The position numbers and the translations under genes were made by a program. From positions 1-38,028 of the forward strand of contig RECL01000108.1 of assembly GCA_007694025.1 (NCBI GenBank): DNA of 38,028 nt, read 5' to 3'. This DNA comes from Spirochaetaceae bacterium. GTDB lineage: Bacteria; Spirochaetota; Spirochaetia; DSM-27196; SLST01. Each line of letters starts with the position of its first letter. Within the stretch, counting starts at the first letter, position 1. The notes beneath the pieces are model-generated. The model was not told the origin of the DNA. It saw only the letters and a list, made by a program, of their open reading frames with translations, and did not search any database. Positions 24,096 to 32,222 of the stretch are shown one piece after another.

Positions 24096-24124
24096 ATTGT
24101 ATCGATTGCCACTGGTCGCCACAA
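24096..24124 (-). promoter_or_regulatory. Putative promoter of the HMA-like / giant-protein operon with leaderless geometry
   Basis: The minus strand reads TTGTGG (24124..24119) - 17 nt - TACAAT (24101..24096) - 6 nt - ATG 24089. No SD. Confidence 0.4.
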
Positions 24125-24175
24125 GCTCAAGAAGAAGTTGAAGCACCAGCGCAAACGCACGCGTTTACAGGTGCG

Positions 24176-24838
24176 ATGAAGCTACTGGCCGAACGAGGCG
24201 CCCCGCCGCGCCCCCGCGAGCGCGCGCTCAGCGCCGGAATACACGTGCTCACCGATGCGGAACTGCTCGCGCTGCTGATCGGGTCGGGTACGGCTCAGCG
24301 CGACGTGCACGCGCTCGCTCGCGACGTGCTCGGTCTGATCGACGACGCAAACGGGGTCCCCGACCAGCAGCGGCTGGGTCAGATAGCGGGTCTGGGACCC
24401 GCAAAGACCGCCGCGATCCTTGCGGCGTTCGAGCTCTCCCGGCGTATCCTGTGCCCCCGGCGCCATCGAATCAGAATGCCCGCCGACGTGCTTCCGATCG
24501 TCGACCGGTTCGCCAGCAGAAACCAGGAGTGCTTCATCGCGCTGAGTCTCAACGGCGCGCACGAGGTGATCGCGTCGCGTATCGTGACCGTGGGGCTCGT
24601 AAACCGGACGGTCGTACACCCCCGCGAGGTGTTCGCCGACTCGATCACCGACCGCGCGGCCGCGATCATGCTCGCGCACAACCATCCGAGCGGAAGCCTT
24701 GAGCCGAGCGCAGAGGACCAGGAGGTGACGACGCGGATGGTTCGCGCCGGCGAGCTGATCGGGATACCGGTACTCGACCACGTGATCTTTTCGGAAAGCG
24801 GCTACTACAGCTTCCTCGAGCACGGGCACCTGCGTTGA
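24176..24838 (+). CDS. radC: RadC-family JAB/MPN-domain protein (220 aa)
   Basis: LSDAELLALLIGSG (HhH region) and the C-terminal JAMM motif MLAHNHPSGSLEPSAEDQEVTTRMVRAGELIGIPVLDHVIF. Confidence 0.9.
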   Translation: MKLLAERGAPPRPRERALSAGIHVLTDAELLALLIGSGTAQRDVHALARDVLGLIDDANGVPDQQRLGQIAGLGPAKTAAILAAFELSRRILCPRRHRIRMPADVLPIVDRFASRNQECFIALSLNGAHEVIASRIVTVGLVNRTVVHPREVFADSITDRAAAIMLAHNHPSGSLEPSAEDQEVTTRMVRAGELIGIPVLDHVIFSESGYYSFLEHGHLR

Positions 24839-25966
24839 TCAGTCGGAAGCGGAGGCGCGGAGACTGCGATGGAGGACCGAATACCGTGCCAGGTAGAACG
24901 CTCGCCATTCGAGTGGCATCGGCTCGCGCAGCAGGCCCGCAAACGACTTCAGCACGAGTCCGTGCGTCGGGTCGTCGCGCACGGTGAAGAACGGCGTACG
25001 CACGTCGCTGACTGTTCGTCCGTGATCTGACCATTCGACCCGCACCCGGTAGACGGCAGTGTCGCCGGTCGGTGCCCAGCGTCCAAACGGAAGCCACGGG
25101 CTCTGCGCGCGGCGCTGGGCCGACACGAAGTTGCCGGTGCTGTGCATCACGACCGACTCGCCGCGGCGCTCCCACGGCTGAAGCACGTGCGGGTGGTGAC
25201 CCCAGACGATGTCGGCGCCGGCGTCGGCAACCTCGCGGAAGAAGGCGGCCTTATCGGCGTCGGGCTCAAGCACGTACTCCTCTCCCGCGTGGATCGCGAC
25301 GACCAGCAGATCGTACCGGTCGGCCCACTCCCGGACCGACGCAAGGAACGATGCGCGTGCAGCGGCGTTCCAGTACGGAACCAGGTAGATGAACGGCTCG
25401 CTGCCCCATACGTTCGAGAACGACGTGATCGACACGAACCCGATTATCCGCCCGCCGTATACGATCGTCGTCGGTTCGATCGGCGCACCGCGGTGCGCGC
25501 GGATACCGTTATGATGGATCACGAGCTCGTCGGATAGCTCATCGTAGACCGCCCACGATGCGGTGATCGAGCTGATCCCGTAGTCGAACGTGTGGTTGTT
25601 CGCGAGCGCGAGCACGGAGAAGCCGGCGCCGAGCGCCGAGCGCAGGTAGGCGATCGACCCGTTGAACAGCGGGTAGCCAGCCGGCGGCCGCGCGGGATCG
25701 ACCGGAAACTCTATGTTGGCAAAACTCAGATCGTCCACAAACAGCATCCGGCGAACCGGATCGTAGAGCCGATCGTAGTCGGGCATCTCAATATTCCGCT
25801 CGTGCTGCATCACATCGCCGACGAAGCTGAGGTAGAGTTCGGTACGCGGCGGCGCGACGCGGCCGGCGCGCGCCGGGCTCGATGGGGGTTCGATCGCGCT
25901 CGCGGTCGATCCGCCTGCAAGCACCAACGCGCCGATCACCGCCAGACCGATCCCGCGTGCGCTCAT
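24839..25966 (-). CDS. CapA-family (PGA_cap) secreted metallophosphatase-like protein (375 aa)
   Basis: Signal peptide MSARGIGLAVIGALVLAGGSTASA. Motifs are SFVGDVM, LANNHTFDYG and IVWGHHPHVLQPWE. ATG 25966 overlaps the upstream TGA (ATGA). Confidence 0.9.
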   Translation of the reverse strand: MSARGIGLAVIGALVLAGGSTASAIEPPSSPARAGRVAPPRTELYLSFVGDVMQHERNIEMPDYDRLYDPVRRMLFVDDLSFANIEFPVDPARPPAGYPLFNGSIAYLRSALGAGFSVLALANNHTFDYGISSITASWAVYDELSDELVIHHNGIRAHRGAPIEPTTIVYGGRIIGFVSITSFSNVWGSEPFIYLVPYWNAAARASFLASVREWADRYDLLVVAIHAGEEYVLEPDADKAAFFREVADAGADIVWGHHPHVLQPWERRGESVVMHSTGNFVSAQRRAQSPWLPFGRWAPTGDTAVYRVRVEWSDHGRTVSDVRTPFFTVRDDPTHGLVLKSFAGLLREPMPLEWRAFYLARYSVLHRSLRASASD

Positions 25967-26901
25967 ACCCGGTACTCCAACAGCGCCGCGACGACCGCAT
26001 CGACCCCGTCGGCAAGCGCAGACAGATCGTACCCGCCTTCGAGCACGTGCACGATCCGTCCGCCGGCACTGGCGATCGCGCAGTCGGTCAGGCGTTCGGT
26101 CATCCACCGATAGACAGCAGGCCCAATCTCCATCGCCGCAAGCGGATCGCGCGAATCGGCGTCGAATCCAGCCGATACGATCAGCATCTGCGGCGCGTAG
26201 TCGGTCAACACAGGGAGCATTTCGGTGAAGGCCTCGCGATGCTCGCGCTCGCCCGAGCCGGCGGGTAGCGGAACGTTGACCGTGTAGCCAAGCCCCTCGC
26301 CCGATCCACGATCGGTGCGCGCACCGGTTCCCGGATAGTGCGGATACTGGTGCAGACTCACGTAGAGTACGTCGGCCCGATCGGCAAAGATCCGTTCGGT
26401 CCCGTTTCCGTGGTGCACATCCCAGTCGACGATCGCAACCCGCTCAATGCCCACCGCGTGCGCGTGCGCGGCGGCGACCGCGGCGGTGTTCACGAAGCAG
26501 AAACCCATCGCACGGTCGGCCTCCGCGTGGTGGCCCGGCGGCCGCGCGACGACGAACGGCCGAGCGGTCGGATCGGCGACGGTGTGATCGACCGCGGCTA
26601 TCGCTGCGCCCGCCGCCGCGCGCGCAGCGCGCCACGTGTGCTCATTTGCGGCGGTATCGGCGTCGAACACGGTGACAGGAGCGGTCTCGGTCGCTTCGAG
26701 CGCGGCCAGGTAGGCGCGGTCGTGGACCGCTGCCAGGCTGTCGATCGATGCCGGTTGTGCGGTCATGAACTCGATACCGCGATCGGCACTCCGGTCGCGC
26801 AACCGACGAAGGATCGCCGGCATCCGCTCGGGACGTTCCGGGTGCACGGATCCCGCCGAGTGGGCAAGACACGCGTCGTCGCTGTAGATCGGCACCGCCA
26901 T
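25963..26901 (-). CDS. Histone deacetylase-family (AcuC / acetylpolyamine amidohydrolase-like) protein (312 aa)
   Basis: RPPGHHAE, DWDVHHGNGT and FDAD..DPL..., ...LEGGYDL are the classical HDAC-fold Zn and active-site motifs. ATG 26901 is supported by a promoter-like element. The ORF-track TTG at 26937 coincides with the -35. Confidence 0.9.
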   Translation of the reverse strand: MAVPIYSDDACLAHSAGSVHPERPERMPAILRRLRDRSADRGIEFMTAQPASIDSLAAVHDRAYLAALEATETAPVTVFDADTAANEHTWRAARAAAGAAIAAVDHTVADPTARPFVVARPPGHHAEADRAMGFCFVNTAAVAAAHAHAVGIERVAIVDWDVHHGNGTERIFADRADVLYVSLHQYPHYPGTGARTDRGSGEGLGYTVNVPLPAGSGEREHREAFTEMLPVLTDYAPQMLIVSAGFDADSRDPLAAMEIGPAVYRWMTERLTDCAIASAGGRIVHVLEGGYDLSALADGVDAVVAALLEYRV

Positions 26902-26908
26902 CGCGGTA

Positions 26909-26937
26909 AGCTTACGCGGGTCTGCGGTTCGGTGCAA
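26909..26937 (-). promoter_or_regulatory. Putative promoter of the HDAC-like / CapA-like operon with leaderless geometry
   Basis: The minus strand reads TTGCAC (26937..26932) - 17 nt - TAAGCT (26914..26909) - 7 nt - ATG 26901. Confidence 0.4.
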
Positions 26938-27008
26938 CCGCCGCGGCGGCGGCGCGACCGCGACCGGCCCCCGCCGCGACCAGCCCCCGCGGATCGGCGC
27001 GCTCGGCG

Positions 27009-27749
27009 CTACCGCGACCCCAGGATCAGGAGAACCACCGCGTTACCGTAACAGATCGCGAGCATCCCGACGGTCAGGAGTACGGCGACCCGCCCGACTC
27101 GATCGTCGGGTCGCGGGTCGATCATCCCGGCGTACCCAAGCGCGACGATCAGGACACCAACCATGCTCGCGAACAGCGCGTGCTCGACCGGCAGGCGCGT
27201 CGCGAACCCGCTGAGCGCCACGGCGCACGCCGCGGCCGACGCGACCACCGCGGCGATCAGAAGGAGTCCGCGACGCGGCGGTGGCGAAGGAGAACTGTCG
27301 GCCCGACCGTACGCGGCGGCCTCGCGCGCAGCCGCCGCGCACGCGATCGCGGCACCGGCGGGGGCAGTCAGCGCGAGCAGACGCAGAGCATCGGCAGCGG
27401 CGACGGTCGGCGACGCGAACGCTCCGACGAGCACCGCGACACACGCGTCGAGCAACCAGTCGACGGCAGGAACAGGGACCCGCGTCGACAGCTCAAGCGG
27501 CGGTAGCCAGAGTGCGATCTCCACCATCGTCCAGAACGCAACGCCGACGGCCGCGGGCCACGCCGAGCGAATCGCAAGCAGCCCCGCGGCTATCGCGGCC
27601 ATCGTCACACCGGCGATGAGCGTTGCGGGCCGCAGCCAGGCGGGGCGGTCTGAACCGATTCGACGTCGGGTACGCAGCACGACGACCGACACGAGCGCGC
27701 ACGCCAGCCCCGCGTACACGACAGCGTCCGCGCAGGACGCGATAGACAC
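27009..27749 (-). CDS. Hypothetical Ala-rich polytopic membrane protein (about 246 aa)
   Basis: This is the 3' part of the 507-aa ORF. The first canonical start after the TRAP permease stop is GTG 27749. It has strong GC3 bias in this frame and 6-7 hydrophobic helices. I recognise no family. Confidence 0.55.
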   Translation of the reverse strand: MSIASCADAVVYAGLACALVSVVVLRTRRRIGSDRPAWLRPATLIAGVTMAAIAAGLLAIRSAWPAAVGVAFWTMVEIALWLPPLELSTRVPVPAVDWLLDACVAVLVGAFASPTVAAADALRLLALTAPAGAAIACAAAAREAAAYGRADSSPSPPPRRGLLLIAAVVASAAACAVALSGFATRLPVEHALFASMVGVLIVALGYAGMIDPRPDDRVGRVAVLLTVGMLAICYGNAVVLLILGSR

Positions 27750-27823
27750 GCCTGTGAACAGGAACGCGCCGATGCGAAGCGGTTCTCCGACGCGGATCGC
27801 GTCGAATCGCGAGCTACCGGGAG

Positions 27824-29695
27824 CTACAACAGAACCGTCGACAGCCACGGCCAGTAGGTTATCACGAGCACGATCAGTAGCTGAAGCAGGAAGAACGGCG
27901 CCACGGCGCGATACACCTTCGCGAGCGGCAGCTCGAACCGGTACGACGCAAGAAACAGGTTGAGACCGACCGGCGGCGTGATGAACCCGACTCCCATGTT
28001 CGCGACGAAGATGATTCCCAGGTGAACGGGGTCGACCCCGAAGGCTGCCCCAAGCGGAATGATCAGCGGTGCCACGACCAGGATCGCGCCGAAGATGTCC
28101 ATGAACATCCCGGCAATCAGCAACGCCAGGTTCACCAGAAGCAGGAACACGAACCGTGAACCGATGCTGCCCGCCACCCATGATGTGAGCATCTCCGGTA
28201 TCTGCACGTCGATGATGTAGTACGAGAGCCCACGCGCGAGCGCGACGATCAGCAGTACGCCGCCGACAATCGTCAGCGCCTGCAGGCTGACCGACACCAG
28301 CCGCCTGAGCCCGATCTCGCGATGGATCACGGTCTCGACGAACAGCGTATACACGACGGCAAGCGCTGCGGTCTCTACCAGAGTCGCGATTCCGCTGAAA
28401 TAGACCGCGACGACGATGGCTGGGAGCAGGACCTCCCAGATCGATCCTTTGAGCGCGCTCCACGCCTCCGGAAGGCTGAACGGGACCGACGGCACCTTGT
28501 GCTTGAGCGCGAACACTACTCCGGCGACGCACATTGCGATCACCAGAAGCGCGCCTGGCAGGACCCCACCCAGGAAGAGATCGAAGATGCTGACCCCGGC
28601 GACCGATCCGTACACAATGAGCGCGAGGCTCGGAGGAAAGAGCAGACCGATGCTGCCGCTCGCTGTCAGCGTTCCCACCGCAAAGCCCTGATCGCGGGCC
28701 GGATCACGATTGAGCACGAACAGCAGTAGTCCGCCAAGCGCAAGAATCGTGACCCCCGACGCGCCGGTGAAGGTCGTGAAGAACGTACTCGCAAGAATCG
28801 CCGCGATGAACAACCCGCCCGGCAGCCATCCAAAGAGTGCTCGAAAGAGTCTGACCAGACGCTCACCTGCCTTGCTCTCGCTCAGAAAAAAGCCGGCAAG
28901 CGTGAACAGCGGTATCGCGGGGATCGCGTTGCCTGTCAGCATCACGTAGCTCTCGTTCGCGATCACCTCTATCGACCCGCCGTCGCGCGCGAACAGCAGC
29001 AACGCAACGCCGCCTAAGACGACGAACAGCGGAACACCGATGAACGCAGCGACCACCAGCAGGATCGCAAGCGGCACCGCAGCCACGCGCATCGCGACGA
29101 ACCAGAAGTCGTAGAGCCGGTCGATGATCGGAGGAATCACCGCCGCGTGCGTGTAGACCATCGACGCGATCGCCGACAGCCCGATGACGGTACCGACGAT
29201 CACGCCAACCGCTGCGGCGACTGCTCGGGCAGCACCTCCCGGACCGGCAAGCAGGAATCGGACGCCGATCACCGCGAACGCAAGCGGCATCACCGCAGCG
29301 ACCAGCCACGTCGCGAACAGCCCGACCCGTGATCCGGGCTCGAACCCGATCGCGACGAACGACAGCGACGACCAGAAGAATGCAACGACGATCGTCACCG
29401 TCAGAACCGATCCGAGCGAATCGGCGGCCAGCCGCAGCCGATCGGGCAACGCGTCCACCGCCACGCGTATCGAAAGGTGCCGGCCGTCGCGCGCGGCGAT
29501 CATCCCGCCCAGGAATGACACGACGAGCACCAGATGCAGCAGGTAGCGGTTGTAAGCCGGGATACCGCCCGAATAGAGGAACCGGACTACCACCTCAAGG
29601 ACTGGCAGAACACCGAGCAGCAGCAGCGACACCGACGCAACGACGGACTCGAAGTCCCAGAAAAACGCCGCGACCCGCGATCGTGGTCGCCCCAT
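27824..29695 (-). CDS. TRAP transporter fused small/large permease (DctQ-DctM fusion, 623 aa)
   Basis: An N-terminal 4-TM DctQ-like part (VLEVVVRFLY...) is followed by a DctM-like 12-13 TM part. ATG 29695 directly follows the upstream TAG. Confidence 0.95.
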   Translation of the reverse strand: MGRPRSRVAAFFWDFESVVASVSLLLLGVLPVLEVVVRFLYSGGIPAYNRYLLHLVLVVSFLGGMIAARDGRHLSIRVAVDALPDRLRLAADSLGSVLTVTIVVAFFWSSLSFVAIGFEPGSRVGLFATWLVAAVMPLAFAVIGVRFLLAGPGGAARAVAAAVGVIVGTVIGLSAIASMVYTHAAVIPPIIDRLYDFWFVAMRVAAVPLAILLVVAAFIGVPLFVVLGGVALLLFARDGGSIEVIANESYVMLTGNAIPAIPLFTLAGFFLSESKAGERLVRLFRALFGWLPGGLFIAAILASTFFTTFTGASGVTILALGGLLLFVLNRDPARDQGFAVGTLTASGSIGLLFPPSLALIVYGSVAGVSIFDLFLGGVLPGALLVIAMCVAGVVFALKHKVPSVPFSLPEAWSALKGSIWEVLLPAIVVAVYFSGIATLVETAALAVVYTLFVETVIHREIGLRRLVSVSLQALTIVGGVLLIVALARGLSYYIIDVQIPEMLTSWVAGSIGSRFVFLLLVNLALLIAGMFMDIFGAILVVAPLIIPLGAAFGVDPVHLGIIFVANMGVGFITPPVGLNLFLASYRFELPLAKVYRAVAPFFLLQLLIVLVITYWPWLSTVLL

Positions 29696-30703
29696 CTACC
29701 GGCGCCTGTACTCGTCGAGTATCCGCTCGATCCGCGCGGTCATGTCGACACCGAACACAGTGTTCATCTGGGCTCTGAACCGCTCGATATCGCGCTCCCA
29801 TGCGTCAAGAACCTCCGGCGTTGCATCGGTGACCGACAGCCCGAACCGGCGCATCGTCGCGATTGCCTCGGACTCGAGCGACCGAACGTCGCGGTCGATC
29901 TGCTGCGACACCGAGCGCGCAGCGTCGCGCAGATCCTCCCGGATCGCCGCGGGCAACCGTCGCCACGCGGCGTCGGTGATCACGATCGCACCCAGAAACG
30001 GTGCTACCTTGAGATCGAGCATGTTCGGGGCGAGCCCGAACCACTGGTACCCGGCAGCGACAAGCGGGGAGGTGTAGAACGCGTCGACCAGTCCGCTGTT
30101 GAGCCCGGTGAGGACTTCACCAACGGGGAGCGGGATCGGACGGAAGTTCATGATCTTGAACGCCTGGTCCATCTCCGCGTCGTCCGGGTCTGCGGCCAGG
30201 CGCAACGCGCGCAGGTCATCGGGATAGCGGACCGGTGACTTACTGAAAAAATGGACCCACCCGGCAGCGGACCACGCGAGCACGTGAAAACGCGCCGCTT
30301 CGAACGACGCCTCCAGGTCGGGTCGGATGCGGTCCATCACGTGCGATAGCTCCTCATCCGAGCCGATCAGAAACGGCGTACTGACCGCGAAGACCTCCGG
30401 CACGAGCTGCTTGAGCCCGGCCGACGTGAGCACGCCGGCCTGCAGCTGGCCGATCCGCATCTTGCGGATCACGTCGCTCTCTTCGCCGGCAATCGCGTTG
30501 TGGTAGACACGAAGGCGAACACGGTTGTTCGATATTCGACCCCAGTCACGCGCCAGCTGGTTCAGCGCGGCTCCCCACGGCGACGCTTCCGGAGCGACGC
30601 TCGCGAGCTTGATCTCCTGCGCGGATGCCGCGGCGGGAATCGCGAAAACGAGCGCGACCGTCGCGACGACTCGAACCAGCATGATGTTCAGTAGCTTGCT
30701 CAA
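29696..30703 (-). CDS. TRAP transporter substrate-binding protein (DctP family, TatP(T)-like), 335 aa
   Basis: Signal peptide ...AIPAAASAQE, then IKLASVAPEASPWG....L.....SN.RV.L.VY......GEESD..RKMRIGQLQ is DctP-like. TTG 30703 overlaps the tatT stop (TTGA) with GAGGAGG 9 nt upstream. Confidence 0.9.
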   Translation of the reverse strand: MSKLLNIMLVRVVATVALVFAIPAAASAQEIKLASVAPEASPWGAALNQLARDWGRISNNRVRLRVYHNAIAGEESDVIRKMRIGQLQAGVLTSAGLKQLVPEVFAVSTPFLIGSDEELSHVMDRIRPDLEASFEAARFHVLAWSAAGWVHFFSKSPVRYPDDLRALRLAADPDDAEMDQAFKIMNFRPIPLPVGEVLTGLNSGLVDAFYTSPLVAAGYQWFGLAPNMLDLKVAPFLGAIVITDAAWRRLPAAIREDLRDAARSVSQQIDRDVRSLESEAIATMRRFGLSVTDATPEVLDAWERDIERFRAQMNTVFGVDMTARIERILDEYRRR

Positions 30704-31674
30704 AACGCGTCATCCTCCTCTTCCGGCCAGTCGAGCAGGAAGAACTCCTCGATATTCGCCAGATACCACGCTGCCTTGCGTTGCGACAGCACGTTCACAA
30801 GTCGCGCGTCGGGGTACGCGTCGGCGTCAACCGCGAGTGCGCGCTCCATCAGCTCAATGAACAGATCGACGTCCTGCGATGGAATCGCGAACGTCTCTGC
30901 GTAACTTATATAGGGACCGGCCAGACGTCCGTCGGCGATCCGGATCAGCCGGTCATAGTGGTACTTCGCCTTCGCCCGATCTCCACCCATCGTCGGAGGG
31001 ACGCTCGCGTAGTACTGCAGCAGGAAGTCGTGGAGCGCGCCGTCGTTGAACTCGTCGTCAAGTTCGACCGCGCGGAGCATCAGCGGCAGGGCGCGCGGGA
31101 CGGAAAACGCGAGCTCCAGATCGAACGGGTCGAGTCCGAAGGCAGCGACCCATCCGGCGCCGATCCAGTAAAGGTACGCGACGTCGCGCGCGCGCATTCG
31201 GGCCAGGTACGGCTTGACTGCCGCCGCATCGGTGGCAAAAAGCGCGTCGCGAAACCCCGAATAACGAACGTCCAGACCCCTGATCACGTACTCGCGACCG
31301 CGAAGGTAGAGCGCCTTCGCGCGCCGCTGCATCGACTCTTTACGGTCCCACTCATAGAACGGAAGCATCGAGGCGGGCGTCGCAACAAACGCGTTCGCGT
31401 AGGAGATGAAGCCGCTGCCGGTAGCAAGGAGGAGCCCTTCGTGCCGCGGCGTCTGCTCCAGGATGCTCTCGAACAGCTTCAGCGCGAACGGAAGCGCGTC
31501 CCCAACCAGCTCCGGGTCGGCGTCGGTAGTGAAGGTCGAAACGCCGTCACCGTCGGTTCCCGCGAGCGTGTCGGCAAGCACGTTGACGGCGAGTCGGTTG
31601 ATCGAACAGCTAGTGAGCCCCACTACCAGCGCCATGATGGCACCGATCACCGGCAACAATCGTCGAACGGTCAT
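30700..31674 (-). CDS. tatT: TRAP-associated TPR-like lipoprotein TatT (324 aa)
   Basis: The lipoprotein signal is MTVRRLLPVIGAIMALVVGLTSC. It is followed by SINRLAVNVLADTLAG........F..D.DPELVGDALPFALKLFESILEQTPRHEGLLLA...GFISYANAFV, the conserved TatT-family N-terminus. It sits immediately upstream of the dctP-like and fused permease genes, as in Treponema pallidum. Confidence 0.85.
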   Translation of the reverse strand: MTVRRLLPVIGAIMALVVGLTSCSINRLAVNVLADTLAGTDGDGVSTFTTDADPELVGDALPFALKLFESILEQTPRHEGLLLATGSGFISYANAFVATPASMLPFYEWDRKESMQRRAKALYLRGREYVIRGLDVRYSGFRDALFATDAAAVKPYLARMRARDVAYLYWIGAGWVAAFGLDPFDLELAFSVPRALPLMLRAVELDDEFNDGALHDFLLQYYASVPPTMGGDRAKAKYHYDRLIRIADGRLAGPYISYAETFAIPSQDVDLFIELMERALAVDADAYPDARLVNVLSQRKAAWYLANIEEFFLLDWPEEEDDAF

Positions 31675-31681
31675 GGCGAGC

Positions 31682-31710
31682 AGAATACGGCCACGCACCC
31701 ATCCTGTCAA
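31682..31710 (-). promoter_or_regulatory. Putative promoter of the tatT-TRAP operon with leaderless geometry
   Basis: The minus strand reads perfect TTGACA (31710..31705) - 17 nt - TATTCT (31687..31682) - 7 nt - ATG 31674. Confidence 0.45.
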
Positions 31711-31777
31711 CGTAAACGTCGCTGCGGTGGCGGCGCAACGCCGCGCCGATGCCGGCGGCCGCACCGGCCACCCGTCG

Positions 31778-32212
31778 CTACAGGCCCAGAAGCTCTGAGA
31801 TTTCGTCCCACGCGGCGCGGCGGTAGCGGAACCAGACTTCGGTGTCCGTGCCGTCCTCCACGTACGCGATGAGCCCCCACGCCTGGTTGATCAACAGCCG
31901 GTACGCGCTGACCATACGCCGCAGCAGGTCGCGGTCGCCGTCGACCAACCCGTCGTCGGCGGCGAGCTCCTCGAGCACCTCGACCGCCGACTCGCTGAGT
32001 CCGATCAGGTCGCGCGCGAGCTCGTCGGCGAACTCGCCCGTGTACGCGCCTGTGGCGTACCCGTCGGCGAGCGTCCCGAGCAGGAAGTACGTGCTGTAGA
32101 GATTGCTTACCCCGAGCGCACCGACCGCGTAGAGCGCAGGGTCATCGCGCTCGGCCGCAAGCGGCAGCACCGCCATCGTGGCTATCACGACGAACCACCC
32201 GAGTCGCTTCAT
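31778..32212 (-). CDS. Hypothetical secreted helical protein (144 aa)
   Basis: AAGGAGG overlaps the upstream peptidase TAA stop and lies 6 nt before ATG 32212. The signal peptide is MKRLGWFVVIATMAVLPLAA. The mature part is acidic and predicted helical. I recognise no family. Confidence 0.7.
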   Translation of the reverse strand: MKRLGWFVVIATMAVLPLAAERDDPALYAVGALGVSNLYSTYFLLGTLADGYATGAYTGEFADELARDLIGLSESAVEVLEELAADDGLVDGDRDLLRRMVSAYRLLINQAWGLIAYVEDGTDTEVWFRYRRAAWDEISELLGL

Positions 32213-32222
32213 GTCGACCTCC

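Noticed and set aside
24151-24168. Short palindrome AAACGC-AC-GCGTTT between radC and the HMA-like operon as an operator
   Set aside because: It has only 6-bp arms in a GC-rich background and lies upstream of the -35 of the minus-strand promoter. It is not distinguishable from chance without comparative data.
27009-28532. 507-aa minus-strand ORF taken as one gene
   Set aside because: The 5' two-thirds overlap the well-supported fused TRAP permease (27824..29695) in another frame. Only the portion downstream of 27749 is retained as a candidate membrane protein.
30781-31872. 363-aa plus-strand ORF
   Set aside because: It is antisense to tatT and the upstream secreted-protein gene, and is Arg-rich low complexity.
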